This document shows positions 10,859-20,811 of a stretch of DNA of 64,000 bases, one piece after another; positions within the stretch are counted from its first letter, which is position 1; every line of letters begins with the position of its first letter. Where the stretch lies: contig CAWBJJ010000002.1 of assembly GCA_963789135.1 (NCBI GenBank), positions 87,736-151,735 on the forward strand, written 5' to 3'. The translations under genes and the position numbers were made by a program. The notes beneath the pieces are model-generated. The model made no database searches. It had not been told where the DNA came from and saw only the letters and a program-made list of their open reading frames with translations. This DNA comes from an uncultured Acidobacteriota bacterium. GTDB lineage: Bacteria > Actinomycetota > Acidimicrobiia > Spongiisociales > ZC4RG35.

Positions 10859-11312
10859 CTAACTGGCTTCGGCGGCTTCGAGCTCGTCCAGGGTCTGGAT
10901 CAAGTCGTTTATCGGGATCCGACCGTAGGCGACCAACCGGGCGCCGGTCTTGCGGAGAGCGGTGGCGAAGGGAGCGGCCCACGTGTTCTCGTAGACCAGG
11001 ATCGCGGCCGCGGTACCCGGCTCCATGATGCCGCCGGCTTCCTGCTTGTCCTCTTCATCGATCAGACCCGATGCGGCGCCTTCGAATATCGCCAGCTCCG
11101 GGTTGCCGTCCAAGTCGAAGTCGCCCAGCTCCATCGCGAGGACGTTGCCGTCCATGATCCTTCTCGACGAATGCCAGGTCGAGGATCCGGATCACACCGC
11201 GGTCCACGAGGTCGACGAGGTAGGGGAAGGCTTCCCCGGTGGGGGGCGAGCCGGCCGGCCACTCCACTACGAAGTAATCGACGGGGCCGACTTCTACGTC
11301 ATTCTCTGTCAC
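10859..11312 (-). pseudogene. conserved actinobacterial protein (DUF6325-like, from memory), one frameshift
   Basis: GTG start at 11312. VTENDVEVGPVDYFVVEWPAGSPPTGEAFPYLVDLVDRGVIRILDLAFVEKD shifts (1-nt indel near 11157) to MDGNVLAMELGDFDLDGN...AAAILVYENTWAAPFATALRKTGARLVAYGRIP.... The total length is not a multiple of 3. Confidence 0.5.
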
Positions 11313-11359
11313 ATGCGTCCTTTCGACAGCTCCATCGGGCAAACGCCCTGCGACGGATA

Positions 11360-12664
11360 CTACGCAGGCGGAACGACGGCCGTGCCGGCCCGGCGCCGCT
11401 TCCACCAGAAGTCCAGGATCGCGCTCAGGAGCAGGATCACCACCAGGGCCACTGCGGTTCCCGGCTCCTCGGGGAGAGTGGTGAAAATGAAGGTGAGGAG
11501 AACGACACCAGCGGTGAGCACTCCCAGTCCCAACATGATCGGATTGGCCCCGGTCTCGGAGCGAACCCGGAAGTGGCCGGCGGTGATCAGGGTGAAGACC
11601 AGGAGGGCGATGGCGCTTCCAATGGAGGCGATCGCATTCAGGTCGAAGCCGACCGCGAGGATCATCGCCAGAAGAGCGGTGCCCATGAGGCCGACCGGGA
11701 CCTTTTCGCCGAGCTTGCGGCCCATTGCGGGGGGGAACTCGCCGACGCTCGCCATTTCGGTGGACAGTCCCGCGGCGGGGAACAACCCGGCATTGGTCGC
11801 CCCCGCAGTTGCGAACAGAGCGGTGACCGACATCAGCCAGAAACCCGCTTGCCCGAGGACGGGCTCAGCGGCTACCGCAAGCGCGGTCCCACCGGACGCG
11901 ATCACCTCATCCACTGTCAGTGTCCCGTAGACCCCGATTGCCACCGCTACGTAGATCACGGAGGCGATCCCCAGCGCCAGGTAGAACGCCTTGGGCAGTT
12001 GCTTGGCTGGATTCGCCAGGTGGGAGGCGGTGAAGGTGATGACGCCGAATCCGAGGAAGGCAAAGAAGGTGAGGGCGACGCTGGCGACGATGTCACGGAA
12101 CGGCGGGTACCCGGATACGGCCAGCAGGTCCGGGTTCATGTTGGCGAGAGTGGTCACCGCGAACAGCGACAGGATCCCGATCACCACGTAGACGACCACG
12201 GTCTGGGCGTTGGCTACGGCTCCTGACCCGGCGATGTTGAGCAGCGTCATGGCGAGGATCACCAAGACCGCGAACCCCTTGACCCAGGCCTCGCTCCCAT
12301 CGGCGAAGGACTCGCTGGCGTAGCTCCCGAAGGAGACCGCGACCATGCCGGTGACAATGGCGTTGGTCGCATATATCAACCAGGCCAGGATCCCGGTGAC
12401 GTGGCCATGGCCGAAGGCCTGGATGACGTACTCGAGGAGCCCGCCCGCAGATGGATATCGGGCACCGAACTTGGCGAAGGAGTAGCCCTGGAGGATTGCC
12501 ACGGCTCCGGCGATGAGGAACGAGACCCAAACGGCCGCTCCTGCCAACTCTCCGGCGGCCCCGAGCAGGGCAAAGATCCCCGCCCCGACCATGGAGCCGA
12601 CGCCGATGAACGCAGCCTGACGTACAGAAAGCCGCCCTGGGACCACCTCGTCGTTCCAAGACAT
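11360..12664 (-). CDS. APC-family amino acid permease
   Basis: 434 aa, about 12 hydrophobic segments, APC-like N-terminal GVGSMVGAGIFALLG motif. Confidence 0.8.
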   Translation of the reverse strand: MSWNDEVVPGRLSVRQAAFIGVGSMVGAGIFALLGAAGELAGAAVWVSFLIAGAVAILQGYSFAKFGARYPSAGGLLEYVIQAFGHGHVTGILAWLIYATNAIVTGMVAVSFGSYASESFADGSEAWVKGFAVLVILAMTLLNIAGSGAVANAQTVVVYVVIGILSLFAVTTLANMNPDLLAVSGYPPFRDIVASVALTFFAFLGFGVITFTASHLANPAKQLPKAFYLALGIASVIYVAVAIGVYGTLTVDEVIASGGTALAVAAEPVLGQAGFWLMSVTALFATAGATNAGLFPAAGLSTEMASVGEFPPAMGRKLGEKVPVGLMGTALLAMILAVGFDLNAIASIGSAIALLVFTLITAGHFRVRSETGANPIMLGLGVLTAGVVLLTFIFTTLPEEPGTAVALVVILLLSAILDFWWKRRRAGTAVVPPA

Positions 12665-12712
12665 GGAGCGACTTTACGGACTCGGATCTCGGCGGTGTCG
12701 CTCTGGTGGGGG

Positions 12713-14344
12713 TCAGCCGCCGAGGAGGCCTTCGATGTCGGCCGATGGTGTCACATCTGGGAGCCGCATCATGCGGAATCCGTTGAAGAAGCCGACCAGT
12801 CCCGCGAGCAACGGCACGAGGAGAGCAACCTGGAGAGCGACCGGCCTCGCTTCCGTGTTGATGCGGATGATCTCGTCCTGGACTGTCTCCGGCTGCCCCT
12901 CGGTCACCTCCTCGAGTTGGGCAGTGCTCATCAACTGAGCGTCTTCCTCCAGTGCAGTGGCCACCTGCTCCTGCTGCTCGGGAGCGAGAACACTGCTCGA
13001 TTCGGCCATGCTCGTGAACGTGAAGGCGAGGGTGGCGAGCATGACTCCTCCGGCAAAGGCGAGGCCAAAGGAAAGGCCGAAGGATCCCGCAGCCGAGTTG
13101 ACGCCGGCCGCCTCGCTGATTCGCTCCTCGTCGATCGGGGCCAGGGCGTAGTTGTTGAGCTGAGACACCAGAAGTCCGAGCCCGACGCCCATGATGAACA
13201 GAGGGATGGTCAGCCACCACCCGGTGTCGGTCCGGGGGACGATCGGGATCATCACCAGCACCCCGATCGACAGAAACGCGAACCCGGCACGGATGACGGC
13301 CGCCGGCCGCCGTCGTCCCGCTCGCTTCCCGGCGAGCATGGCAACGAAGAACATCGTCAAGGACAGCGGGGCGATGGTGAGCCCGGTCTCCATAGCGTTG
13401 TAGCCGAGCACCATCTGGAGGAAAATCGGGACCACGATCATCGATCCGCCGAGCGCGATCTGCTGCAGCATCTGGCCGGTGATTCCCAAACGGAACATCT
13501 TCGACTTGAGCAGGTCAGGGTCGAGCAGGGTCACCTTGCCCTCCCGCTTGCGCCTCACCAGCCAGCGGGCAAGGAGCACCATGCCGACTACGCCCACCAC
13601 GATGAGGAGGCCGACGTAGGTGCCTCCCTCCTGCCAGACCAGGATCCCCATCACCAGGCCTCCCATGCCCAGGACCGAGAAGACGGCGCCGACCAGGTCG
13701 AGCCTGCGATCGCCGGTGTAGGGCACGTCCTTCACCAGGCCGATTCCGAGAAGGACGACAGCGATCACCACCACCTCGAGGGCGAATCCCACCCGCCAGG
13801 AGAGGTAGGTGGTGACGAAGCCTCCGAGCAGGGGCCCTACTGCGGCGGCTATCGCAGCCGAGGCCCCGACCAGGGCGTAGACCCGCTTCTGGGCGTCGCC
13901 GGCGAAGTTGCCGTGGATCAGCGACTGCATCGCGGGGAGAAGCAGCGAGGCACCGAGTCCTCCGAAGATGGCCCAGAAGATGATCATCGGGCCGATGCTG
14001 TCGGTGACCGTCATGGTGAGAGCCCCGATGGCATAGCCGAGGAGACCGAGCACATAGGCCCGTTTGCGGCCGATCAGGTCTCCGACCTTGCTGCTGATCA
14101 GGATGAATGCCGCCGAGACCAGGGCCTCGAGGGCGATAGCGGCCTGGACGTCACTGACCGTGGTCCCCAGGTCTTCGACCACCGCCGAGATGGAGACGTT
14201 CATAAGCGTGGTGTCGACGACGAGGACGAACATCGCCATCGCCAGCAGGATCGCCAGCCGGGGGTTCCACTCACCCTCCACCGCGGGGGCGGGGGTGCCC
14301 GGGGACAAGTCGCTCATTTTCCTCCTGATGCCCGCCGGAGACAC
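12713..14344 (-). CDS. MFS transporter, DHA2 (14-TMS drug/H+ antiporter) type
   Basis: 543 aa with many TM segments. The MFS motif A-like GDLIGRKRAY and the length fit EmrB/QacA-type proteins. Confidence 0.8.
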   Translation of the reverse strand: MSPAGIRRKMSDLSPGTPAPAVEGEWNPRLAILLAMAMFVLVVDTTLMNVSISAVVEDLGTTVSDVQAAIALEALVSAAFILISSKVGDLIGRKRAYVLGLLGYAIGALTMTVTDSIGPMIIFWAIFGGLGASLLLPAMQSLIHGNFAGDAQKRVYALVGASAAIAAAVGPLLGGFVTTYLSWRVGFALEVVVIAVVLLGIGLVKDVPYTGDRRLDLVGAVFSVLGMGGLVMGILVWQEGGTYVGLLIVVGVVGMVLLARWLVRRKREGKVTLLDPDLLKSKMFRLGITGQMLQQIALGGSMIVVPIFLQMVLGYNAMETGLTIAPLSLTMFFVAMLAGKRAGRRRPAAVIRAGFAFLSIGVLVMIPIVPRTDTGWWLTIPLFIMGVGLGLLVSQLNNYALAPIDEERISEAAGVNSAAGSFGLSFGLAFAGGVMLATLAFTFTSMAESSSVLAPEQQEQVATALEEDAQLMSTAQLEEVTEGQPETVQDEIIRINTEARPVALQVALLVPLLAGLVGFFNGFRMMRLPDVTPSADIEGLLGG

Positions 14345-14407
14345 CGGCGGCTCAGGTTGGAATCTAACGCTGTGCCATCTGCCAGGTTCGACTCTCGGGG
14401 CCGGTCA

Positions 14408-14899
14408 TCAATGGACCCTCGACTCCAGCGTGATCACCACGACGGCTATCAGGATGATCACCAACCCTGCGAAAAGGGCTCGGCCCCACGAGAGGCCGTC
14501 CCGGCGGCTGAGGGCGACCGCCAGTCCGAAGAGGAGCGCCATGGTCAGGCGAACGCTGAGCTGATATGCAGTCTCGAAGCCGATGGCGCCCCATCCAGCC
14601 AGAGCGAGCGGAGCAATGGGCACGACCGCGGACAGGAGCAGTGGCGTGTCGTGTGCCAGAGCCGCTAGGAGGTCGGCGCCCTGGAGGCGACCCGCCCGGG
14701 CTGCTTTGGGGACGAGCGCAGTGAACACGTGCGCCATGTACAACACCGTCGCGGTGGCCACCAGGGTGCTGATCGCGACCTGGGGCGGGGGTGAGGTGGT
14801 CTGGGAGGCGAGGGCGGACACCACGGTCAAGTAGATGATTGACCCGTAGAAGGTGAGAGTGACCTCTACGTCGTCGAGGCGCCGGCTCCGTTGGGCCAT
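14408..14899 (-). CDS. hypothetical polytopic membrane protein
   Basis: 163-aa ORF with 4-5 hydrophobic helices. No recognisable family. Confidence 0.5.
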   Translation of the reverse strand: MAQRSRRLDDVEVTLTFYGSIIYLTVVSALASQTTSPPPQVAISTLVATATVLYMAHVFTALVPKAARAGRLQGADLLAALAHDTPLLLSAVVPIAPLALAGWGAIGFETAYQLSVRLTMALLFGLAVALSRRDGLSWGRALFAGLVIILIAVVVITLESRVH

Positions 14900-14957
14900 G
14901 TCCGGCTGAGAGTAGATGGCTGACAGTCGGCGAGTTCAGACCGCCAAGGGGTCGAGT

Positions 14958-15260
14958 TCAACCCTCGGCGGGCCTGCGGTAGACGATTGCCCGAAGCTCG
15001 GGTCGCATTCGGCTTCTTTGGTGCTTGCTCGACTGAGATCTGATCTGCGCAGGCATGGGGCCTGATCCCGACCCATCCTGCTCCAGGTACTCGTAAGCGT
15101 GAGTGCCGCACGCGAGTCCCTTGGAGATGATGAACCTGGCGGGCTTGCCGCACTCTCTGCATCTCGGCTTGCCCGAGTTGTTCTTCTCCGGGTGAGTGTC
15201 CACACCTGTTGATCGGCATTTGGAGCCCCATCCGGCGAGCACTAGAAACGCAACGCACAA
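14958..15260 (-). CDS. hypothetical small Cys/His-containing protein (weak)
   Basis: 100-aa ORF containing CRECGKPARFIISKGLACGTHAYEY, a possible zinc-ribbon-like CxxC...CxxH. Start uncertain; no family recognised. Confidence 0.25.
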   Translation of the reverse strand: MCVAFLVLAGWGSKCRSTGVDTHPEKNNSGKPRCRECGKPARFIISKGLACGTHAYEYLEQDGSGSGPMPAQIRSQSSKHQRSRMRPELRAIVYRRPAEG

Positions 15261-15300
15261 AGTGACTAGTCATCAGGCGGGTCGGGTAAGTTCGTTATGG

Positions 15301-15735
15301 ATGACCGTTCAGAAGTCAGTGATGGCAGCCGGCAACAGATTCGCTTCCTGGCTCTACGGGCGATCGAACGGGAAGATCGGAGGCAGTGCCCGGGGAGTGC
15401 CGGTTCTGATTCTGACTGTGCCTGGCCGCAAGACGGGTGAGCCAAGGTCCGTCCCGGTCGCCTATTTCGACTACGACGACGGCTATTTGGTTGCTGCCAC
15501 CGCTGGTGGCTCACCGCGGGATCCAGAGTGGATCCACAACCTGAGGGCGGCTAGTCGGGCCCAGGTCCGCATCGGCGAGGCGAGTCACCAGGTCGAAGTC
15601 CGAGTGGTCGATGGCGACGGGGAACGGGACGAGTTGTGGAATGAGGTGGTCGTCGCCCGTGCCCCGGCGTTCGAGAAGTACGTGGACAAGTCGGGGCGCA
15701 AGATCCCGATCGCGATTCTGACCCCCGTGGGGTGA
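15301..15735 (+). CDS. deazaflavin (F420H2)-dependent nitroreductase family protein (DDN/DUF385-like)
   Basis: VLILTVPGRKTGEPRSVPVAYFDYDDGYLVAATAGGSPRDPEWIHNLRA and the 'IPIAILTP' ending are typical of the family. The in-frame ATG at 15301 is chosen over the longer ORF start at 15196. Confidence 0.75.
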   Translation: MTVQKSVMAAGNRFASWLYGRSNGKIGGSARGVPVLILTVPGRKTGEPRSVPVAYFDYDDGYLVAATAGGSPRDPEWIHNLRAASRAQVRIGEASHQVEVRVVDGDGERDELWNEVVVARAPAFEKYVDKSGRKIPIAILTPVG

Positions 15736-15751
15736 CCGGGTTGCCGGGCCG

Positions 15752-16867
15752 GTGCTGAAGGTCACCTCTGCCCAGGCGCTGTCTTGGCGGATGAAGCGAC
15801 ACTTTCTCGACCCTCTCGGCAAGCCCAGCATCGACCAGGTGGTGGATCGCCTGTGCGGGGTTCAGGCCCAGGTGGCGTCATCGGCCGAGCTCGCGATCCG
15901 GATTCGCCGACAGAAGTCGCGCTCAGGGGACGTCGGGAGCGCCCTCTCTTCGGGCCGCCTGATCAAGACCTGGGCGATGCGAGGGACACTTCACCTGCTC
16001 ACTCCCGAGCGCGCTCCAGCTTTCCTCTCCTTGATCGCCTCCGGTCGATCTTGGGAGCGCCCGAGCTGGCAAAAGTACTTCGGGGTGTCACCGTCACAGA
16101 TCGAGGCGTTGCGCAAGGCGGCGAGGTCGGCGTTGAAGGACGGGCCATTGACCCGTGAGGAGCTGATCGCCGCGGTCACACGGGTGCGCGGCCTGCGACA
16201 CGTGGGTGAAGCTCTCGGTTCCGGTTGGGGCACCCTGCTCAAGCCACTTGCCTGGCAGGGCGATCTGGTATTCGGTCCCAGTCGGGGCAATCGCGTCACG
16301 TTTACTCTCCCCGAGGTTGCGAGCCCGAGATGGCCGGGCATGCCGGAGCCGGATGAAGCCGCGCCGGAGGCGATCCTCAGCTACCTCGGAGCACACGGGC
16401 CGGCCACGGCCGACGCCTTCGGAAACTGGCTGGCCGGCGGATGGTTCGGCAAGCGCCGGCTCAATGCCTGGTTTGCCGATCTGGGTGACGCTCTGGCCGA
16501 GGTCGAGGTCGACGGCCATACAGCTTTCGTGCCCACCGCCTTGCTGGACGACCTTGCGACTACGAAGCCGACCAAGGCGCTCCGGCTCTTGGGCGGGTTC
16601 GACCAGTACGTCTTGGCGCCGGGCACCGGGGACGCCCGGGTGGTGGCGGTCGAGCGGCGCCCTCTGGTGAGCAAGCAGAGCGGGTGGATCTCGCCAGTCG
16701 TAGTGTCGGGTGGCGTGGTCTCCGGCACCTGGGAGACCAAAGACGACCACATCGTGGTCTCCTGGTTCAAGGAGAGACGACTATCCCGGCGGCTCCTCGA
16801 GGACGACGTGCGACGCCTTGGGTCGATCCTGGCGCGTCCCTTGGGCCTCGAGGTCGAGCGGGTCTAA
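15752..16867 (+). CDS. winged-helix DNA-binding protein of the HTH_42 / AlkZ-YcaQ (crosslink-repair DNA glycosylase) family
   Basis: 371 aa. The N-terminus ...AQALSWRMKRHFL...VVDRLCGVQAQVASSAELAIRIR resembles this family. Confidence 0.6.
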   Translation: MLKVTSAQALSWRMKRHFLDPLGKPSIDQVVDRLCGVQAQVASSAELAIRIRRQKSRSGDVGSALSSGRLIKTWAMRGTLHLLTPERAPAFLSLIASGRSWERPSWQKYFGVSPSQIEALRKAARSALKDGPLTREELIAAVTRVRGLRHVGEALGSGWGTLLKPLAWQGDLVFGPSRGNRVTFTLPEVASPRWPGMPEPDEAAPEAILSYLGAHGPATADAFGNWLAGGWFGKRRLNAWFADLGDALAEVEVDGHTAFVPTALLDDLATTKPTKALRLLGGFDQYVLAPGTGDARVVAVERRPLVSKQSGWISPVVVSGGVVSGTWETKDDHIVVSWFKERRLSRRLLEDDVRRLGSILARPLGLEVERV

Positions 16868-16886
16868 CGGTCGGCCGGCGCCCTAT

Positions 16887-18023
16887 TCAGTCCGAGCTGT
16901 TCCTGATCCAGACCGAGAGCTTCGTTGGCTGCACCGTCGCGACGACCACGCCGATCCAGCCCTGGACGATGCGATCGGTGTCCATCTCGTCCTGAACGGA
17001 TCTGGCGAACTCCGCGCCAACTCGTACCGCGTCGTAATGGGATCGATTGAATCGCCGGTCGACGACTCGTTGCACATTGCGGCGGACCGGGTTGAACAAC
17101 GCGGCAACAGCCAAAGTGGATGCCGCGACTCGTATTTCGCTGCCCGGCGGGAGCAGTGAAGTCAGCACGGTCACGACCAGGCCAAACACAGCTGCCAGGA
17201 GCGCGACCACTACCGAGTACGACACAGTTCGGGAGACGATGCGATCAATCTCGAAAAGCCGATAGCGGAGGATCGCGATCCCGAACCAGAGCGGAAAGGT
17301 GATCATCATCACGAAAACCGGGCCCCAGGCCGCATCCCCGGGGTCACCGGCACCGAGCGCGATCGATCCGAAGATGTAGGCGAAGGTCATGATGATGGCG
17401 CTCACCAGCAGGACGAAACCGAACACCACCCACGTGATCTGGGCCCGTTCCGCTCCGACTGCGCGGCGTCGCTTCACCACCAACGAGACCACACCGCCCA
17501 GCAGGATGGCTACCACGGTCATGAGCAGGGGAAACGAAAGCCAGCCGGGAAGGAACCCAATCGAGTTCTCGATGCCCGACTCCGAAACCGGGCCGCCGAG
17601 GGTCTCAGTGAGTGCGGTTGCGACCACGAGCAGCGGTAGCACACGGATTGCCAGTCGTCCGGAGCGGGCGGCCAGGCTTGGGCCTTTTGGCGGGTGCCCG
17701 GAGGGAAACGTCAGCGTCAGGATCCCGAACACGGCGAAGACCGCGGTCCAGATCCAGCTGCCGACCCAGTCGGCGAAGTTGTCGGGTGTCCCCGGGAAAT
17801 AGGGGGAGGCATCGGCGAACACCAGGAGCAGCCCGATCACGGACAGGAGCCATCCGGTCAGATGGCCATCGCGGCGGAAGACGATCATGCCCCCGGTAAC
17901 TGCATAGATCCCAAAGCCGAGGCCGGCCAGAAAGACGTCGGCGGCGGGTATTGCCCCCGCTAGCTGGACCCAAAGCAGCAGGGCGCCGGTGATGCAGATC
18001 AGGCCGAAAGCGAATCGCCGCAC
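16887..18023 (-). CDS. polytopic membrane sensor-module protein, sixth (dispersed) paralog of the 47.5-53.1 kb array (P0)
   Basis: 378 aa and multi-TM. It shares RRDGHLTGW, RRRAVGAERAQITW, LRYRLFEIDRIVSRTVSY, FNPVRRNVQRVVDRRFNRSHYDA and the tail ...VQPTKLSVWIR with P1-P5. No output domain. Confidence 0.8.
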   Translation of the reverse strand: MRRFAFGLICITGALLLWVQLAGAIPAADVFLAGLGFGIYAVTGGMIVFRRDGHLTGWLLSVIGLLLVFADASPYFPGTPDNFADWVGSWIWTAVFAVFGILTLTFPSGHPPKGPSLAARSGRLAIRVLPLLVVATALTETLGGPVSESGIENSIGFLPGWLSFPLLMTVVAILLGGVVSLVVKRRRAVGAERAQITWVVFGFVLLVSAIIMTFAYIFGSIALGAGDPGDAAWGPVFVMMITFPLWFGIAILRYRLFEIDRIVSRTVSYSVVVALLAAVFGLVVTVLTSLLPPGSEIRVAASTLAVAALFNPVRRNVQRVVDRRFNRSHYDAVRVGAEFARSVQDEMDTDRIVQGWIGVVVATVQPTKLSVWIRNSSD

Positions 18024-18083
18024 TTCCGGATTGTTGCAAACGGCGCGCTACGAAATCGTTACCGCTCCTAGCCTGACCGCGGC

Positions 18084-18539
18084 ATGGCGGTCACCATCGG
18101 CCCAGAGCCACCCGACACCGAGGACACCCGCGCCCTGATCGAGGAGCTCGAAGAGGAGCTCGGCGGAGGAATTTATCCCGACGAGAGCCAGCACGGATAC
18201 AGCATCGAGAAACTGATTGCTGAAGGTGTCGCCTTCTTCACAGTTCGTGTCGACGAGGCGGCGGTGGGATGCGGTGGCATCCAGATTCTTGGTGAATACG
18301 GCGAATTGAAGCGGATGTACATTCGCCCCGAGTTTCGAGGACGGGGGCTGGCAGGTCTTCTCGTCGAACAACTCGCCAATCACGCACGTGAGCACGGTGC
18401 CCGCTTGCTCCGGCTGGAGACCGGGATCTATCAGGCCGACGCGATCCGCTCGTACGAGGGAATGGGGTTCTACGAGATCCCTCCATTCGGCCCATACGTG
18501 CTTGATCCCAACAGCGTCTTCTACGAGCGGGAAGCCTGA
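18084..18539 (+). CDS. GNAT-family N-acetyltransferase
   Basis: 151 aa. LKRMYIRPEFRGRGLAGLLV is the acetyl-CoA-binding motif A (R/Q-x-x-G-x-G/A). Confidence 0.8.
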   Translation: MAVTIGPEPPDTEDTRALIEELEEELGGGIYPDESQHGYSIEKLIAEGVAFFTVRVDEAAVGCGGIQILGEYGELKRMYIRPEFRGRGLAGLLVEQLANHAREHGARLLRLETGIYQADAIRSYEGMGFYEIPPFGPYVLDPNSVFYEREA

Positions 18540-18609
18540 GCTCGTCTCGTCTCCGATCCTTCACGACTGGGAAACAGGCTTGAAACACTGAGCCGGTTGT
18601 CTTGCTGGG

Positions 18610-19152
18610 GTGGACGTCGAAGTCGCCCTGGTGCGGTGGCCCGAAGAGCGGGGCCGGCGGGAAGATCTGGATGGTGAGGCTCGGCCCGTCCTATTCATTG
18701 TCGAGTGGGGACCTCCTCCGGACCCACTGGCACTCGTCGAGGATTGGGTGAGGCCGCCGTTCACGGATGCCGACCTCGCGCTCAGAGTGGATGGGTTGCG
18801 CAATAGGTGGCGCCAGTTGGTCGACCTCGGCGTATTCGATGGCAGAGCGCCCATTCCGATCCTCGAAGAGACGGGAATTCTCCGATTCGGCGACGGCTGG
18901 GTGGCACTCTCACCTCTCGAGGCTCGGCTGGTGGAAGCGATGATCACCCGGCTGGGCTCGGTGGTCACGCGACAGGGCTTGACCGAGGCGGGATGGCCCC
19001 GAAGTCAGGGGAGCAGGCCGGATCCCCATCGAAACACACTTGACGCTCACATCCTCCGGCTCCGACAGCGATTGCCGGGGATAGGGCTGACCATCCGGAC
19101 CATACGCTCCAGGGGATACCTGCTCGAGCCCGCCTCACCTACCGGTCTGTAA
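18610..19152 (+). CDS. OmpR/PhoB-type winged-helix DNA-binding protein without a canonical receiver domain
   Basis: The C-terminus LSPLEARLVEAMITRLGSVVTRQGL...NTLDAHILRLRQRL...IRTIRSRGYLLE is a Trans_reg_C motif. The N-terminal ~85 aa are too short and divergent for a receiver domain. Start codon uncertain (non-ATG). Confidence 0.65.
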   Translation: MDVEVALVRWPEERGRREDLDGEARPVLFIVEWGPPPDPLALVEDWVRPPFTDADLALRVDGLRNRWRQLVDLGVFDGRAPIPILEETGILRFGDGWVALSPLEARLVEAMITRLGSVVTRQGLTEAGWPRSQGSRPDPHRNTLDAHILRLRQRLPGIGLTIRTIRSRGYLLEPASPTGL

Positions 19153-19250
19153 GAAACCCATCATCCAATTGATCGAGATCCGTAACACCGCGTTTCGAAT
19201 CGATTCACAGACCCCTCCCTAATTTCTTCAGACCAAGCCAGAGGGAGGAA

Positions 19251-20786
19251 ATGACCTTGAATACAGGCGCTCGGCACAGGAAGTCCGCGACTTTGGCGTC
19301 GCTGACGGTTTGCGCAACGCTGACTTCCGCCCTGCCTGCGATCGGGCAAGAGACGGATGCGAATGCAGCGATCACCCAGCCGCTGAACCTGCTTTGGATC
19401 GTGATAGGCGCGGTGCTGGTCATCTTCATGCAGGCCGGGTTCGCTCTGGTTGAAACCGGCTTCTCGCGTGCCAGGCACGCTGCACACGTGGTCTCCACCA
19501 ATTTCGCGATCTTCGGCCTCGGCTTCGTCGCGTTCTACTTGGTCGGGTACGCCTTCATGTTCGGAGGCTTCTCATATCTTCTCCCCGGGTTCGATTTCGG
19601 CTACGACGCTGCCCTCGGTGGCCCACTGATCGGGTCGGGTGACTGGGTCTTCCTTTGGGAAGGCGGGTTCCTGCTCCAGGGTCCAGGGATCACACCTGCG
19701 GTCCTCGGCTTCTTCCTTTACATGGCGGCCTTCATGGACACCACCGCCACCATCCCGACCGGGTCGATGGCGGAGCGGTGGAGATGGAAGAGCTTCGTTG
19801 GTTGGGGCTTGTTCTGTGGTGCCATCTACTACCCGCTGTTCGGCGCCTGGACCTGGGGCGGCGGTTGGCTCAACCGTCTGTGGAGCTCGATGGGCTGGGG
19901 TGTCGGGTACGCCGACTTCGCGGGGTCCGGCGTCGTGCACGCGATGGGCGGGGCAGCGGCCCTTGCGGGCGCTCTTGCCCTCGGGCCTCGTCTCGGGAAG
20001 TTCAGGGCTGACGGAACTCCCAACTCCATCCCAGGGCACCACATCCCGATGGCCGCTCTCGGGACGTTCATCCTGTTGTTCGGATGGTTTGGGTTCAATG
20101 CGGCCTCGACGTTTGCGGCGACGGATGTCCAGTTCGCAACGGTGGCCGCCAACACCGCAATCGCGGGGGCGTTCGGTGCGGTGACGTCGATGCTCTACTG
20201 CATGTACTTCAGGGGCCGCAAGCCGGACCCTGGGATGATGATGAACGGCATGCTCGGGGGCCTGGTCGCCATCACCGCCCCTTGTGCCTTCATTACGCCT
20301 GGATGGTCGGCAGTGATCGGGGTCATCGCAGGCGTGCTCGTCGTCGAGGCGATCAGGTTCGTCGAGCGTCGAGGGATTGACGATGTGGTGGGCGCGATCG
20401 CGGTGCATGGTGTTTGCGGCACGTTCGGTGTGCTCGCTGTGGGAATCTTCCCCGATGGCAGCTACGGCAATGGCTGGAATCTTGCTGTCGACTCGGCGGG
20501 GAACCCGATCGAGCTCAAAGGCCTGATCTACGGGGGCACTACACAGATCCTCGCTCAGCTCGCTGGATTGGTGGTGATCTGGACCGTGATGTTCGGACTG
20601 GCCTATGGCTTCTTCAGACTCCAAGACAGGATCACAAAGGGGGGGATTCGGCTCTCCGAGACTGCCGAGCGGCTCGGGATCGATCAGCCTGAGATGGGAG
20701 TGGTCGCCTACCCCGAGTTCATGGACATCGAGTTCGTCGATGTGAAGGTCGTGGACAAGGGCAAAGAGACCGCCGACATCAAGTGA
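19251..20786 (+). CDS. amt: ammonium transporter (Amt family) with signal peptide and C-terminal extension
   Basis: 511 aa with Amt signatures (FMQAGFALVETG, DFAGSGVVH, VHGVCGTFG). GAGGGAGGA RBS before the ATG. Confidence 0.9.
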   Translation: MTLNTGARHRKSATLASLTVCATLTSALPAIGQETDANAAITQPLNLLWIVIGAVLVIFMQAGFALVETGFSRARHAAHVVSTNFAIFGLGFVAFYLVGYAFMFGGFSYLLPGFDFGYDAALGGPLIGSGDWVFLWEGGFLLQGPGITPAVLGFFLYMAAFMDTTATIPTGSMAERWRWKSFVGWGLFCGAIYYPLFGAWTWGGGWLNRLWSSMGWGVGYADFAGSGVVHAMGGAAALAGALALGPRLGKFRADGTPNSIPGHHIPMAALGTFILLFGWFGFNAASTFAATDVQFATVAANTAIAGAFGAVTSMLYCMYFRGRKPDPGMMMNGMLGGLVAITAPCAFITPGWSAVIGVIAGVLVVEAIRFVERRGIDDVVGAIAVHGVCGTFGVLAVGIFPDGSYGNGWNLAVDSAGNPIELKGLIYGGTTQILAQLAGLVVIWTVMFGLAYGFFRLQDRITKGGIRLSETAERLGIDQPEMGVVAYPEFMDIEFVDVKVVDKGKETADIK

Positions 20787-20811
20787 CCTACAGACCCGGG
20801 CCGGGTCGGGA

